Source of the DNA: Eledone cirrhosa
Lineage: Eukaryota
Direction of reading: 5' to 3'
Length of the DNA: 64,000 bases
Assembly: GCA_964016885.1 (NCBI GenBank)
Contig: CAXHJY010001736.1
Location: forward strand, 38,793 to 102,792
In this document: positions 52,075-64,000 of the stretch, in pieces
Position numbering within the stretch: the stretch's first letter is position 1
How the letters are laid out: every line of letters begins with the position of its first letter
Program-made: the position numbers and the translations under genes
The notes under the pieces: generated by a model
What the model was told of the DNA's origin: nothing
What the model saw: the letters and a program-made list of their open reading frames with translations, nothing else
Databases searched by the model: none

Positions 52075-52901
52075 GCTAGCTCTCTCTAGCTCTCTCTCTC
52101 TCTAGCTAGCTCTATCTTTATTTCACTACTCTCTCTAGCTAGCTCTAACTTTATTTCACTACTCTCTCTCTAGCTAGCTCTAACTTTATTTCACTACTCT
52201 CTCTCTAGCTAGCTCTAACTTTATTTCACTACTCTCTCTCTAGCTAGCTCTATCTTTATTTCACTACTCTCTCTCTAGCTAGCTCTAACTTTATTTCACT
52301 ACTCTCTCTCTTGCTAGCTCTATCTTTATTTCACTACTCTCTCTCTCTCTTGCTAGCTCTATCTTTATTTCACTACTCTCTCTCTCTCTAGCTAGCTCTA
52401 ACTTTATTTCACTACTCTCTCTCTAGCTAGCTCTAACTTTATTTCACTACTCTCTCTCTCTCTTGCTAGCTCTATCTTTATTTCACTACTCTCTCTCTAG
52501 CTAGCTCTATCTTTATTTCACTACTCTCTCTCTCTCTTGCTAGCTCTATCTTTATTTCACTACTCTCTCTCTAGCTAGCTCTATCTTTATTTCACTACTC
52601 TCTCTCTCTCTTGCTAGCTCTATCTTTATTTCACTACTCTCTCTCTCTCTCTAGCTAGCTCTATCTTTATTTCACTACTCTCTCTCTCTAGCTAGCTCTA
52701 TCTTTATTTCACTACTCTCTCTCCCTCCAGCTCTATCTACTCTATATCTATCTACTCTTTCTCTCACTCTCTCTCTATCTAGCTCTATGTACACTCTCTC
52801 TCTCTATCTAGCTCTATTTACTCTCTCTTTATTTCACTACTCTCTCACTCTCTCTATCTATCTACTCTCTCTCTCTCTCTCTACTCTCTCTCTCCATCTA
52901 C

Positions 52902-52941
<40 letters not shown>

Positions 52942-52997
52942 CTCTATTTATTTCACTACTCTCTCTATCTCTCTATCTACTCTCTCATTATTTCACT

Positions 52998-53035
<38 letters not shown>
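52075..53035. repeat. ~36-bp minisatellite ctagctagctctatctttatttcactac(tc)n grading into (CT)n/(CTAT)n
   Basis: Direct reading. Confidence 0.92.
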
Positions 53036-53040
<5 letters not shown>

Positions 53041-53196
53041 CACACACAATGCCATGCACATGCACTTATACACACATACACACACACACATCTTGACATT
53101 CGTTCACAACAATCAAGTATAGTACATTCTTTACTACCGACAACCAATTATCACATATATTGCATGCTAGAAATACCAGCCAAATACTCTTGAAAT

Positions 53197-53453
53197 CATG
53201 CGGCCCGCTACAAGCTCACATGCGGCCCGCTACAAGCTCACATGCGGCCCGCTACAAGCTCACATGCGGCCTGCTACAAGCTCACATGCGGCCCGCAACA
53301 AGGTTTTTACAGCACGAACACGTTTTATTTTCGTAATATAAAATTTTAAAATTTACTTGTAATCTGCGCAATTAGTTGTCATGTATGGCTCTCAGACAAT
53401 ACATAAGTGGCCCGGGGAGGGGGGGGGGGGGGTAACCTCAGTTTGACATGCCT
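53197..53453 (+). mobile_element. hAT-like MITE 3' part with a 23-bp internal tandem repeat
   Basis: atgcggcccgctacaagctcac repeated ~4.5 times; ends gtttgacatgcct; homologous to 14257-14410. Confidence 0.7.
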
Positions 53454-53467
53454 ACTCTACAGTCTTA

Positions 53468-53504
<37 letters not shown>

Positions 53505-53759
53505 CTTTCTTTATTAACCACAAGGGTTTACATAAAGTAGACACTAAGGACAGTACAGGACAATACAGGACGGTACAAATGGGCATTTCTGCGTGTAAAA
53601 ATAACAAAAATAGGATGTAACAAAAAATAACAATGAAAAATTCCCCAATAGGGGGGGAGACTTCCGAGGGACATTTGTGGAGAAAGCCCATTAAAAGGCC
53701 ACAGTGACCCTGACCACCAGGGCAAGTGCCCTCTCCCAGTTTTCCACCTTTAATTTATA

Positions 53760-54325
53760 GACACATACTCAATAATGAAATTGTGTACAGTGCTCAGGTG
53801 CACTACAACTCATCAAAGTTACATGTATAGTACATAGAATAATGTACAAATGTCAGGAAAATGAATAGTGTACGAGTCATGATATACATGTGTGCGTGTG
53901 TATGGAGTGGGGATATCAGGTGTAGTGTTGGCGAATCTCAGGAAGCATGGAGGTTTTTAAGGATGCAGTGTCTCGACAGCTAACAACTGATGCAGGTAGT
54001 TTGTTCCATGGAGGTTTTTAAGGATGCAGTGTCTCGACAGCTAACAACTGATGCAGGTAGTTTGTTCCATGGAGGTTTTAAAGGATGCAGTGTCTCGACA
54101 GCTAACAACTGATGCAGGTAGTTTGTTCCATGGAGGTTTTAAAGGATGCAGTGTCTCGACAGCTAACAACTGATGCAGGGAGTTTGTTCCATGGAGGTTT
54201 TAAAGGATGCAGTGTCTCGACAGCTAACAACTGATGCAGGTAGTTTGTTCCATGCTTCAGCAACTCTGAGCGTGAAAAAATGTTTCCGAAAGTCATGGGA
54301 GCTGGGCTGTTTTCTGACTTCTTGG
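53760..54325 (-). mobile_element. CR1/L2-group LINE 3' end with a 61-bp segment tandemly repeated 5 times (53947-54253)
   Basis: HDFRKHFFTLRVAEAWNKLPASVVSCRDTASFK matches the typical CR1-group ORF2 C-terminus. Confidence 0.8.
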
Positions 54326-54337
54326 AGAAAAAAAAAA

Positions 54338-54600
54338 CGCAGCTCCAAAGTAACATAGAGTAGACTGAGGTTAGCTGGACATACTCACCAACATCCAGAG
54401 TTGACACTGCACTCAGTGTTCCTGTGGGAGCCCCTCTACACGGACACACTAGAAGAGGGAGACCGAGGTTGACATATATATTGATGCCCTAGGATAGACA
54501 CTGGTCTCTGGGAGACGGACGCGGAACATAGCGGCGATGATGAAGGACAGAGACCACTGGAGAGAACTCGTCCATGGATCTCGGGAATTTTATCCGCCCT
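54338..54600 (+). mobile_element. RTE LINE 3' end
   Basis: RLRLAGH..HPE..LWEP/HGHTRRGRPRLTYIDAL...MMKDRDHWRELV across frameshifts, then (TA)n. Confidence 0.85.
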
Positions 54601-55018
54601 ATATATATATATATATAGTATTAAGGATACTATTTATGGTTATGTATGTAATAAAACCTTTAATGGTAATATATTATTTATACAAACCTTAAATAGTGAA
54701 AGATAGTCATTAATTACTATCCTATTACCAGTAAGATAAATAGCTCAATGTAATAACATCAGTTGTTTTACAGAGCAGTTATATAGAGATTACAATAATC
54801 AAAGTTCAGTTTAAGTCATTTATTTGCTTACAATTGTTTCCTCCAAACCGAGGTTTGGATTCTTCGGAGCAACTATTTACTGATCTATAACATACTCTAT
54901 ATATATATATATATATCCAAGAGATGTCAACATGAATGGACCTGTTATTTTTATCTAAAGACATTTTTTTCCAATTCCACCCCGCCAGTTCCTTCAATCT
55001 ATCTTATTTATCATTCTC

Positions 55019-55145
55019 TCTTATGATGAAGGACTAGCGTCCGAAACGTTAAGACCCTCTTCCTGCTATTTCAAGTGTTAACCTAATATATTCCTTCCAT
55101 ATACTGTGCCGATTGTGTTGTTATTTCTGTTTACCTTTTACATAC
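55019..55145 (+). mobile_element. HHR element family A, copy 3 (core C3 replaced by A), 3' end in (CA)n
   Basis: tctt-aTGATGA-aGGACtagcGTCC-GAAACGTT-aaga. Confidence 0.72.
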
Positions 55146-55229
55146 ATACATACATTCATACATACGTGTGTGTGTGTGTGTTTATTCACACACACACACA
55201 CACGCACACGCACACGCACACGCACACGC

Positions 55230-55273
<44 letters not shown>

Positions 55274-55609
55274 CGGTTTACGAATTGTGTCTCGAGTAAC
55301 GAACATGCAAGCCGGCAATAACGCTTCGCAACAAGGTTTCATAGTTTTTGGCTATGAAAAAAGTTACAGGAAAACAAAATTTGGAAATTTAAATATTTCC
55401 AGTGATTTTATTTTTGTTTTCTCTGAAATCTCTGTAGATGTAAGTTTTTTCTGTTTTAAATAAATTGTCTTTTTTTGGTGGTATTTAAATAAAATGTGAC
55501 CTTTTTTTTCCTGAATTTGTGACGTACGGTCAATTCCGGTGTAGGAACATACGTAGAATTGGTGGTGTTACTAGTGGTGGTGGTGGTGGTGGTGGCGGTG
55601 GCGGTTTGG

Positions 55610-58330
55610 CTGCTGAAGACTGGGTTTTTTACTCTTTCTGTGTCTCTGTCTCTGTGAGAATAATCATTGGTTTCCTTTCATCATATAAGTGGTGTTAGCG
55701 GCGGTGGCGGTGATTGCCGAAGACTGGGTCTTTGACTCTGTATCTGTCTTTCTGTGTCTCTGTGAGAATAATCATTGGTTTCCTCTCATCATATGTAGAA
55801 ATGGTAATAGTGGCGATGATGGTGGTGGTGGTGCTGCTGCTGCTGCCGAAGACTGGGTCTTTGACTCTGATTTCTGTGTTGTTTCTGTGGCAATAAACGC
55901 CGGTTTCCTCTCATTTATGGTAGTAGTGGTAATGGTGATATTGGTGGTGGTAGTGGTGCTACCGAAGACTGGGTCTTTGACTCTGATTTCTGTGTTGTTT
56001 CTGTGGCAATAAACGCCGGTTTCCTCTCATATGTGGTAGTAGTGGTAATGGTGATATTGGTGGTGGTTGTGGTGCTACCGAAGACTGGGTCTTTGACTCT
56101 GATTTCTGTGTTGTTTCTGTGGCAATAAACGCCGGTTTCCTCTCATTTATGGTAGTAGTGGTAATGGTGATATTGGTGGTGGTTGTGGTGCTACCGAAGA
56201 CTGGGTCTTTGACTCTGATTTCTGTGTTGTTTCTGTGGCAATAAACGCCGGTTTCCTCTCATTTATGGTAGTAGTGGTAATGGTGATATTGGTGGTGGTT
56301 GTGGTGCTACCGAAGACTGGGTCTTTGACTCTGATTTCTGTGTTGTTTCTGTGGCAATAAACGCCGGTTTCCTCTCATTTATGGTAGTAGTGGTAATGGT
56401 GATATTGGTGGTGGTAGTGGTGCTACCGAAGACTGGGTCTTTGACTCTGATTTCTGTGTTGTTTCTGTGGCAATAAACGCCGGTTTCCTCTCATTTATGG
56501 TAGTAGTGGTAATGGTGATATTGGTGGTGGTAGTGGTGCTACCGAAGACTGGGTCTTTGACTCTGATTTCTGTGTTGTTTCTGTGGCAATAAACGCCGGT
56601 TTCCTCTCATTTATGGTAGTAGTGGTAATGGTGATATTGGTGGTGGTTGTGGTGCTACCGAAGACTGGGTCTTTGACTCTGATTTCTGTGTTGTTTCTGT
56701 GGCAATAAACGCCGGTTTCCTCTCATTTGTGGTAGTAGTGGTAATGGTGATATTGGTGGTGGTTGTGGTGCTACCGAAGACTGGGTCTTTGACTCTGATT
56801 TCTGTGTTGTTTCTGTGGCAATAAACGCCGGTTTCCTCTCATTTGTGGTAGTAGTGGTAATGGTGATATTGGTGGTGGTTGTGGTGCTACCGAAGACTGG
56901 GTCTTTGACTCTGATTTCTGTGTTGTTTCTGTGGCAATAAACGCCGGTTTCCTCTCATTTATGGTAGTAGTGGTAATGGTGATATTGGTGGTGGTTGTGG
57001 TGCTACCGAAGACTGGGTCTTTGACTCTGATTTCTGTGTTGTTTCTGTGGCAATAAACGCCGGTTTCCTCTCATTTATGGTAGTAGTGGTAATGGTGATA
57101 TTGGTGGTGGTAGTGGTGCTACCGAAGACTGGGTCTTTGACTCTGATTTCTGTGTTGTTTCTGTGGCAATAAACGCCGGTTTCCTCTCATTTATGGTAGT
57201 AGTGGTAATGGTGATATTGGTGGTGGTAGTGGTGCTACCGAAGACTGGGTCTTTGACTCTGATTTCTGTGTTGTTTCTGTGGCAATAAACGCCGGTTTCC
57301 TCTCATTTATGGTAGTAGTGGTAATGGTGATATTGGTGGTGGTAGTGGTGCTACCGAAGACTGGGTCTTTGACTCTGATTTCTGTGTTGTTTCTGTGGCA
57401 ATAAACGCCGGTTTCCTCTCATTTATGGTAGTAGTGGTAATGGTGATATTGGTGGTGGTTGTGGTGCTACCGAAGACTGGGTCTTTGACTCTGATTTCTG
57501 TGTTGTTTCTGTGGCAATAAACGCCGGTTTCCTCTCATTTATGGTAGTAGTGGTAATGGTGATATTGGTGGTGGTTGTGGTGCTACCGAAGACTGGGTCT
57601 TTGACTCTGATTTCTGTGTTGTTTCTGTGGCAATAAACGCCGGTTTCCTCTCATTTATGGTAGTAGTGGTAATGGTGATATTGGTGGTGGTAGTGGTGCT
57701 ACCGAAGACTGGGTCTTTGGCTCAGATTTCTGTGTTGTTTCTGTGGCAATAAACGCCGGTTTCCTCTCATATGTGGTAGTAGTGGTAATGGTGATATTGG
57801 TGGTGGTTGTGGTGCTACCGAAGACTGGGTCTTTGACTCTGATTTCTGTGTTGTTTCTGTGGCAATAAACGCCGGTTTCCTCTCATATGTGGTAGTAGTG
57901 GTAATGGTGATATTGGTGGTGGTTGTGGTGCTACCGAAGACTGGGTCTTTGGCTCAGATTTCTGTGTTGTTTCTGTGGCAATAAACGCCGGTTTCCTCTC
58001 ATATGTGGTAGTAGTGGTAATGGTGATATTGGTGGTGGTTGTGGTGCTACCGAAGACTGGGTCTTTGGCTCAGATTTCTGTGTTGTTTCTGTGGCAATAA
58101 ACGCCGGTTTCCTCTCATTTGTGGTAGTAGTGGTAATGGTGATATTGGTGGTGGTTGTGGTGCTACCGAAGACTGGGTCTTTGACTCAGATTTCTGTGTT
58201 GTTTCTGTGGCAATAAACGCCGGTTTCCTCTCATTTATGGTAGTAGTGGTAATGGTGATATTGGTGGTAGTGGTGGTGGTGGTAATAATGATAGTGGCGG
58301 TGTTGTGACATCTGAAGACTGGGTCTTTGA
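55610..58330. repeat. 116-bp satellite, ~21 homogeneous copies plus degenerate edge copies
   Basis: ccgaagactgggtctttgactctg... period 116 from 55846 to 58166. Confidence 0.97.
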
Positions 58331-58484
58331 TTGATTGCCTGTCTGCGTCTCTAACGTGACAATAAACGTTGGTTTTCTCCCATCATTCTGTTGAATGTAT
58401 CGATCAGATTGTCTGTGTGTCTGTGTATACGTATGTGTGTGTATATGTGAATATATACCCTAGAGAATATCTTTGTATTTGTGT

Positions 58485-58568
<84 letters not shown>

Positions 58569-58614
58569 TTAATTCAAAATATTAATAAATGTAGACATTC
58601 ACGTAATCAAAATA

Positions 58615-58680
58615 TATTTTATTATATATATTTCGGAGGTAGTGTGCTGTTTCCTCAGTACGTCCTCATCAGATAAAATA
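58615..58680 (-). ncRNA. Type I hammerhead ribozyme (family C-related)
   Basis: tattttat-CTGATGA-GGAcgtaCTGaggaaaCAGcacactaccTCC-GAAA-tatatat-A-ataaaata. Confidence 0.82.
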
Positions 58681-59650
58681 AATTGATGTCTGACATACCT
58701 CAACTGTGCTGATGATTCAATTCCAGTCTTGGCAGTGATTAGTGATGACAAAACTCAATATTTATATACCATAAGTATTAACATGACAAACTAAATATAA
58801 TGGAGAGGGTGAGTAGGAGAAAGTGTAGAAAAAATAAATAAATACATAAATAAAATAAATAACTACATAAACACATAAGTACATAAATATTAAATATTTA
58901 GATATTTAAATATGTAAATATCCGTATTAGAGAAAAAAACAAATGAGAGTGAGAGAGAGAGAGAGAGAGCTAAATAGAAGAGAAAGAGAAAAGATAAGGA
59001 GATGAAGATAAAAACAAAGAGAGGGAGATAGAGATGGTAGAATATATAATTGCATAAGGAAAAGAAAGAAAGAAGAGAAGGACATGATGCGTGACCATTT
59101 TTTTCTTTTTTTTCAAATATTAAGTCAGGTAGAAGCGATCAATTAAATACCGTGAAATATCTATTGTATTTGATAGAAATTATACTATTATATTATATTA
59201 TATCAAAATTAAACAATATACAATAATATAAATTAATATAAAATATTTTCAATGATGATCTGAAACATAGTTAAATTAATAAATACATTCAATAATTTAG
59301 TTATAAAATTCAAAGTTAGAAACATTATTAACTAACAATGATGCTTACAAACGTAGTAAATAAGTATGAGAGTGTTTAACTTAACTTACTTGGATATTAG
59401 CATCTGTATATGCATTTTATATAATGTTTAGAATTATATATATTATAAACAACACTATTTAAATCAATATTCGTCAATTACATATAGGATTAATTATTAG
59501 TTATATTTACTCTTGAGAGTAATATTATTTCGATTCAACCAAATCTTATTGTATTCAATACTATAGATCAAGTTAAATACAGATTATTAATCAATTTTCA
59601 CATACATGTTCATTCAGAGAAGAGAGTTCATTTCTTTGTTAATAGCTTGG

Positions 59651-59690
<40 letters not shown>

Positions 59691-59691
<1 letters not shown>

Positions 59692-59854
59692 AGAAAGTAT
59701 GATCCCGACGGCAGAGCTCAAGCCGTTTCGACGTCGAAACGGCTTGAGCTCTGCCGTCGGGGTCATACTTTCTCCTTTTACTCACTCTACTACCCTAAGT
59801 ATTGAGTACTCTGGTGCGTTATGGTCCATCTGGTTCCTTACCACAACTCCTCCG

Positions 59855-59858
<4 letters not shown>
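59691..59858 (-). mobile_element. Second copy of the 824-998 family, TA-flanked, with an ~84-bp spacerless palindrome (59691-59774)
   Basis: gagaaagtatga.cccgacggcagagctcaagccgtttcgac|gtcgaaacggcttgagctctgccgtcggg.tcatactttctc. Confidence 0.85.
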
Positions 59859-59891
<33 letters not shown>

Positions 59892-59910
59892 AATGTATAA
59901 TAAACAAGGC

Positions 59911-59988
59911 AATTACCTTGTCTGACGAACGAATGCGGACGTTTCTTGTATTCGTCTCATTCGGGAAACCTCTGGTAATGAGGTAATT
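59911..59988 (+). ncRNA. Type I hammerhead ribozyme, family F, intact core
   Basis: aattaccttgt-CTGACGA-aCGAATGcgGACG..CGTCtCATTCGg-GAAA-cc-tct-ggt-A-atgaggtaatt; outer inverted repeat 59887-59907 / 59997-60017. Confidence 0.85.
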
Positions 59989-60091
59989 ATATTGTATTGT
60001 TTATTATACATTAAATTTAGCTCTGTAACTTACATAGAGCACTCTTCACTCCTATGACTTTTTCAATTTTCAACGGAAACTTCAATACTTG

Positions 60092-60127
<36 letters not shown>

Positions 60128-60432
60128 ACATACACACGCACATACATTTATGTATGTGTGAGCAACGTAATAGCCAAAAAGTAGTACAAATGCCGTATAT
60201 TAGTAGCAGAAGCTACACATAGTTACATAGACATGAAAAATGCGCAGGTTCAAAAGAGCCACATAATGTTATAATAAATCTTAAAAGTGTGGGACTAGAG
60301 TTGTTGCTCAAAAATATTGTAATCATTATCTATCGTACATTCTGTGGCATCCTTTATAAAAATATCACAATAAATACATCTATGTTTTAAAATATTACGT
60401 AATTATTTATAGCTGTTATTACATTAAACATA

Positions 60433-60470
<38 letters not shown>

Positions 60471-60513
60471 ATATATATATATATATACATAATATATATA
60501 TATATATATATAC

Positions 60514-60549
<36 letters not shown>

Positions 60550-60768
60550 ATAAATATATATATAGCCATAAGTATAGTAATAATAATAAAGATGATTTCA
60601 TCTTTATTTCTGAGTATTATAATTTATTATATATTCACATTTGGAAAGTTACCACTGAATGATCTCATCTCCTTACAAAGATAGATTTATATTTATAAAG
60701 AAAATAACTTTCAATTAATGAACACGAATAGGTAGAGTCGGTGTAGGCTTTACCATTGTGCTTAAGTA

Positions 60769-61600
60769 CAGGGTCCCCCTGACTAGAGGAACCCATCTTC
60801 CTTCAGGGCCCAAGTAAGGGCTCTCCACAGGGTCCCCCTGGCCAGAGGAACCCATCTTCCTTCAGGGCCCAAGTAAGGGCTCTCCACAGGGTCCCCCTGG
60901 CCAGAGGAACCCATCTTCCTTCAGGGCCCAAGTAAGGGCTCTCCACAGGGTCGCCTTGGCCCGAGGAACCCATCTTCCTTCAGGGCCCAAGTAAGGGGTT
61001 TCCACAGGGTCCCCTTGGCCCGAGGAACCCATCTTCCTTCAGGGCCCAAGTAAGCGGTCTCCACAGGGTCCCCTTGGCCCGAGGAACCCATCTTCCTTCA
61101 GGGCCCAAGTAAGGGGTTTCCACAGGGTCCCCTTGGCCCGAGGAACCCATCTTCCTTCAGGGCCCAAGTAAGGGGTCTCCACAGGGTCCCCCTGGCCAGA
61201 GGAACCCATCTTCCTTCAGGGCCCAAGTAAGGGCTCTCCACAGGGTCCCCTTGGCCCGAGGAACCCATCTTCCTTCAGGGCCCAAGTAAGGGCTCTCCAC
61301 AGGGTCCCCTTGGCTCGAGGAACCCATCTTCTTTCAGGGCCCAAGTAAGGGCTCTCCACAGGGTCCCCTTGGCCCGAGGAACCCATCTTCCTTCAGGGCC
61401 CAAGTAAGGGGTCTCCACAGGGTCCCCTTGGCCCGAGGAACCCATCTTCCTTCAGGGCCCAAGTAAGGGGTCTCCAGAGGGTCCCCTTGGCCCGAGGAAC
61501 ACATCTTCCTTCAGGGCCCAAGTAAGGGGTCTCCACAGGGTCCCCTTGGCCCGAGGAACACATCTTCCTTCCCCAAAAAATGTTTTCCTTCAGGGCCCAA
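60769..61600. repeat. 59-bp GC-rich minisatellite, ~13-14 copies
   Basis: cagggtccccttggcccgaggaacccatcttccttcagggcccaagtaagggg.ctcca period 59. Confidence 0.95.
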
Positions 61601-63520
61601 TTAAGGGGTCTCATAACTTAATCTAACCAGCACAGGGCCTCATTTGTCCAAAATCCGGCAATAGGCAGAGTCGTTAAAATAATGGTTTCTAATTTTGGCA
61701 CAAGGCCAACAATTATTAAGCAGTACATTACTGGTACTTTATTTCATAGACCCCGAAAGGCAAAGTTAACCTCGGCGGGATTTTAACTCAGATCAAAAAG
61801 GGACGTAACTGTGCTGCAAAGCATGGCGTCCGACTCTCTATCGATTCTACCAATCTAAGAATCGTTAAAATAATGGTTTCTGATCTAGGCATAAGGCCAA
61901 CAATTTTGGTGGAGAAGGAGGGGGGGGGGGGTCGATCAAATTGACCCAGTGCATTACTGGCACTTTATTTCAATCGACCCTCGTAAGGATAGAAAGCAAA
62001 TGTAATCTAAGCGGGATTTGTACTCGGAACGTAACTCTATGCCACGAAGCATTTTGTCCGATGCTCTACCGATACTGCCAATAATGGTTTCTTATTTAGA
62101 TACAAGGCCAACACTTTTTGGGAGTGGGGAGGAGAAAGTCGATTAAATCGACCGCAGTGCATTACTGGTACTTTATATTACTAGCACTATATATATATAT
62201 ATATATCTAGGGGGTGTAACGCGGAGTTACTGTAGGTTCACCCGGGTGAAGAGTAGCGGATTAGGTAGAGCATCGTATAAAATACCATAGTGGTATTTCT
62301 CTGGCTTTTTACATTCTGAATTCAAATCCCACCAAAGTCTTTCAACCTTTCGGGGCAGATAAAATAAAGTACCAGTTATTTACTGGGGTCGCTAAAATAA
62401 AATACCAGTAAATTACTAGAGACGATTTAACTAACATGTCCTTCCTCCTCAAATTACTGGTTATGTACCTAAATTAGAAATCAACATTATTTGTATATAT
62501 AAATGATAGTTGATTAGTAGAGCATCGAATAACGTACTATTGCGGTATTTAGTTACAGCTCTTTATATTCTGAGTTCAAATCCCACAAGGTCTTTCATCC
62601 TTACGGAGTCGATAAAATAAAGTACCAGTTAATTACTGGGGTCGATAAAATAAAGTACCAGTTAATTACTGGGGTCGATTTAACTAGCTTTCCCTGGCCC
62701 CTCAAATTGCTGGTTATGTACCTGAAGTAGACATTCTTATTAATGATAAATATTTACTTCAAAGTTTCGTCGATACTCCCGGCTTCTCAAAACAGTGTGG
62801 TGGACCCTTCCCTATATATAGCATTAACATGACTTAGGTAAGAAATAGTGGAGGGTAAATATAATATAATGTTTCTACTTTTGGCACAAGGCCAGCAATT
62901 ATACCAGTGCATTACTGGTACTTTATTTTATCGACACCGTAAGGATGAAAAGCAAAGTTAACCTCGGCGGGATTTGAACTCAGAACATAAAGGGTCATAA
63001 GTCTGTACTGCAAAGCATGGTATCTGACGCTGGCCAATAATTACACCAGTATATTACTGGTACTTTATTTTATCGACACCGTAAGGATGAAAGGCAAAGT
63101 TAACCTCGGCGGGATTTGAACTCAGTCCGTAAAGGGACATAACTATGCTGCAAAGCATGGCGTCCGACCCTCTACCGATGCTGCCAATCCACCGTGGAGG
63201 GTAAATATAATAAACACTTAATACAATTGTAAGACATAACATTATTATTATCAGTTGTTTTTCACAGGTGACCTTCAAACTGAAGCTGTTTATACAATAG
63301 CAACTTTATTCACTACCTGGCTAAAGAAGCATGTGGTAAATACACGTCGCACCCGTTTCTTCTCCATTGTTTGTTTAACTTTACCTACATAACTTACCTT
63401 TACTACAGTCCAACCTAGGCCATACCTTTCTCCCCTTCCACTAACTTCCTTTGTTTTAGTGTTTACTTACATCTATCTAATAGCTCTGATCTAAACTCAG
63501 TTGCTGCTAAATATAAAGAA

Positions 63521-63583
63521 CGGTTCATGACCAGTCACTGTTTTGAGAAGCCGGTAGTCTCGACGAAACTTCGAAGTAAGCTG
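63521..63583 (+). other. Degenerate HHR-like motif; inverted partial copy at 62754-62797
   Basis: cggtt-catgacca-GTC...GAC-GAAACTTCGAAGT-A-agctg; the CUGANGA box is corrupted. Confidence 0.45.
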
Positions 63584-63654
63584 TCATTATTAATAATAGA
63601 TATTATTTTGACTCTTTACACAATATCTGAGTCATTTATGCAATGTTTAGTGTG

Positions 63655-63703
<49 letters not shown>

Positions 63704-63738
63704 CACATTTTATTTTGTAACAGTTTTTATGCCCCACC

Positions 63739-63786
<48 letters not shown>

Positions 63787-64000
63787 CACATTTTATGAAA
63801 ATAAAAATTTCTAATTTAGATACAAAGCCAGCAGTGTTAGAAGAGAGAGGAATGTTGAATACATCGACGTTAAAATAAAGTACCTGTTATGTACTGAGGT
63901 CGATTTAATCGACTTTCCCTTTCCCTTCAAATGTCTGGCCTTGTGCCAAAAGTAAAAACAATTATCCTCATTATTGCGTCGGATAAAAAGGTTTTGCTGT

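Noticed and set aside
55610-58330. CRISPR-like or hammerhead-satellite interpretation of the 116-bp array
   Set aside because: Whole units repeat with no unique spacers, no cas genes, eukaryotic context; C(C/T)GAAGA is present but no GAAA box with compatible stems.

Overview
Repeat-dominated eukaryotic (animal) DNA with no convincing intact host gene. The very long (TA)n/(CA)n/(TGG)n tracts, the abundant tRNA-derived SINEs and the RTE 5' UTR style suggest a mollusc, probably an octopus-like cephalopod (inference only). Most ORFs in the supplied track are microsatellite artefacts. The real coding remnants all come from transposons: an internally deleted RTE LINE (7.4-8.8 kb), a mariner transposase relic (12.3-13.0 kb), a Neptune-like Penelope element with RT and GIY-YIG (21.3-23.1 kb), a CRE-like RLE retrotransposon 3' end (27.6-28.1 kb), a 5.7-kb head-to-head inverted pair of Helitron Rep/helicase copies (29.8-35.5 kb), and CR1 and RTE 3' ends (53.8-54.6 kb). 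Also present are several MITEs (two with exact 8-bp TSDs), a non-autonomous Helitron and many minisatellites. The most striking signal is a population of about 15 complete or near-complete type I hammerhead ribozyme (HHR) motifs plus several half motifs, from at least 7 distinct sequence families. Most have a self-complementary (palindromic) stem III, sit in short elements abutting (TA)n/(CA)n microsatellites, and are often built into 70-420 bp fold-back palindromes whose turning point lies in or next to the ribozyme. One HHR lies just downstream of the Penelope ORF, linking the set to Penelope-like pseudo-LTRs. All structures were folded by eye; no searches were run.
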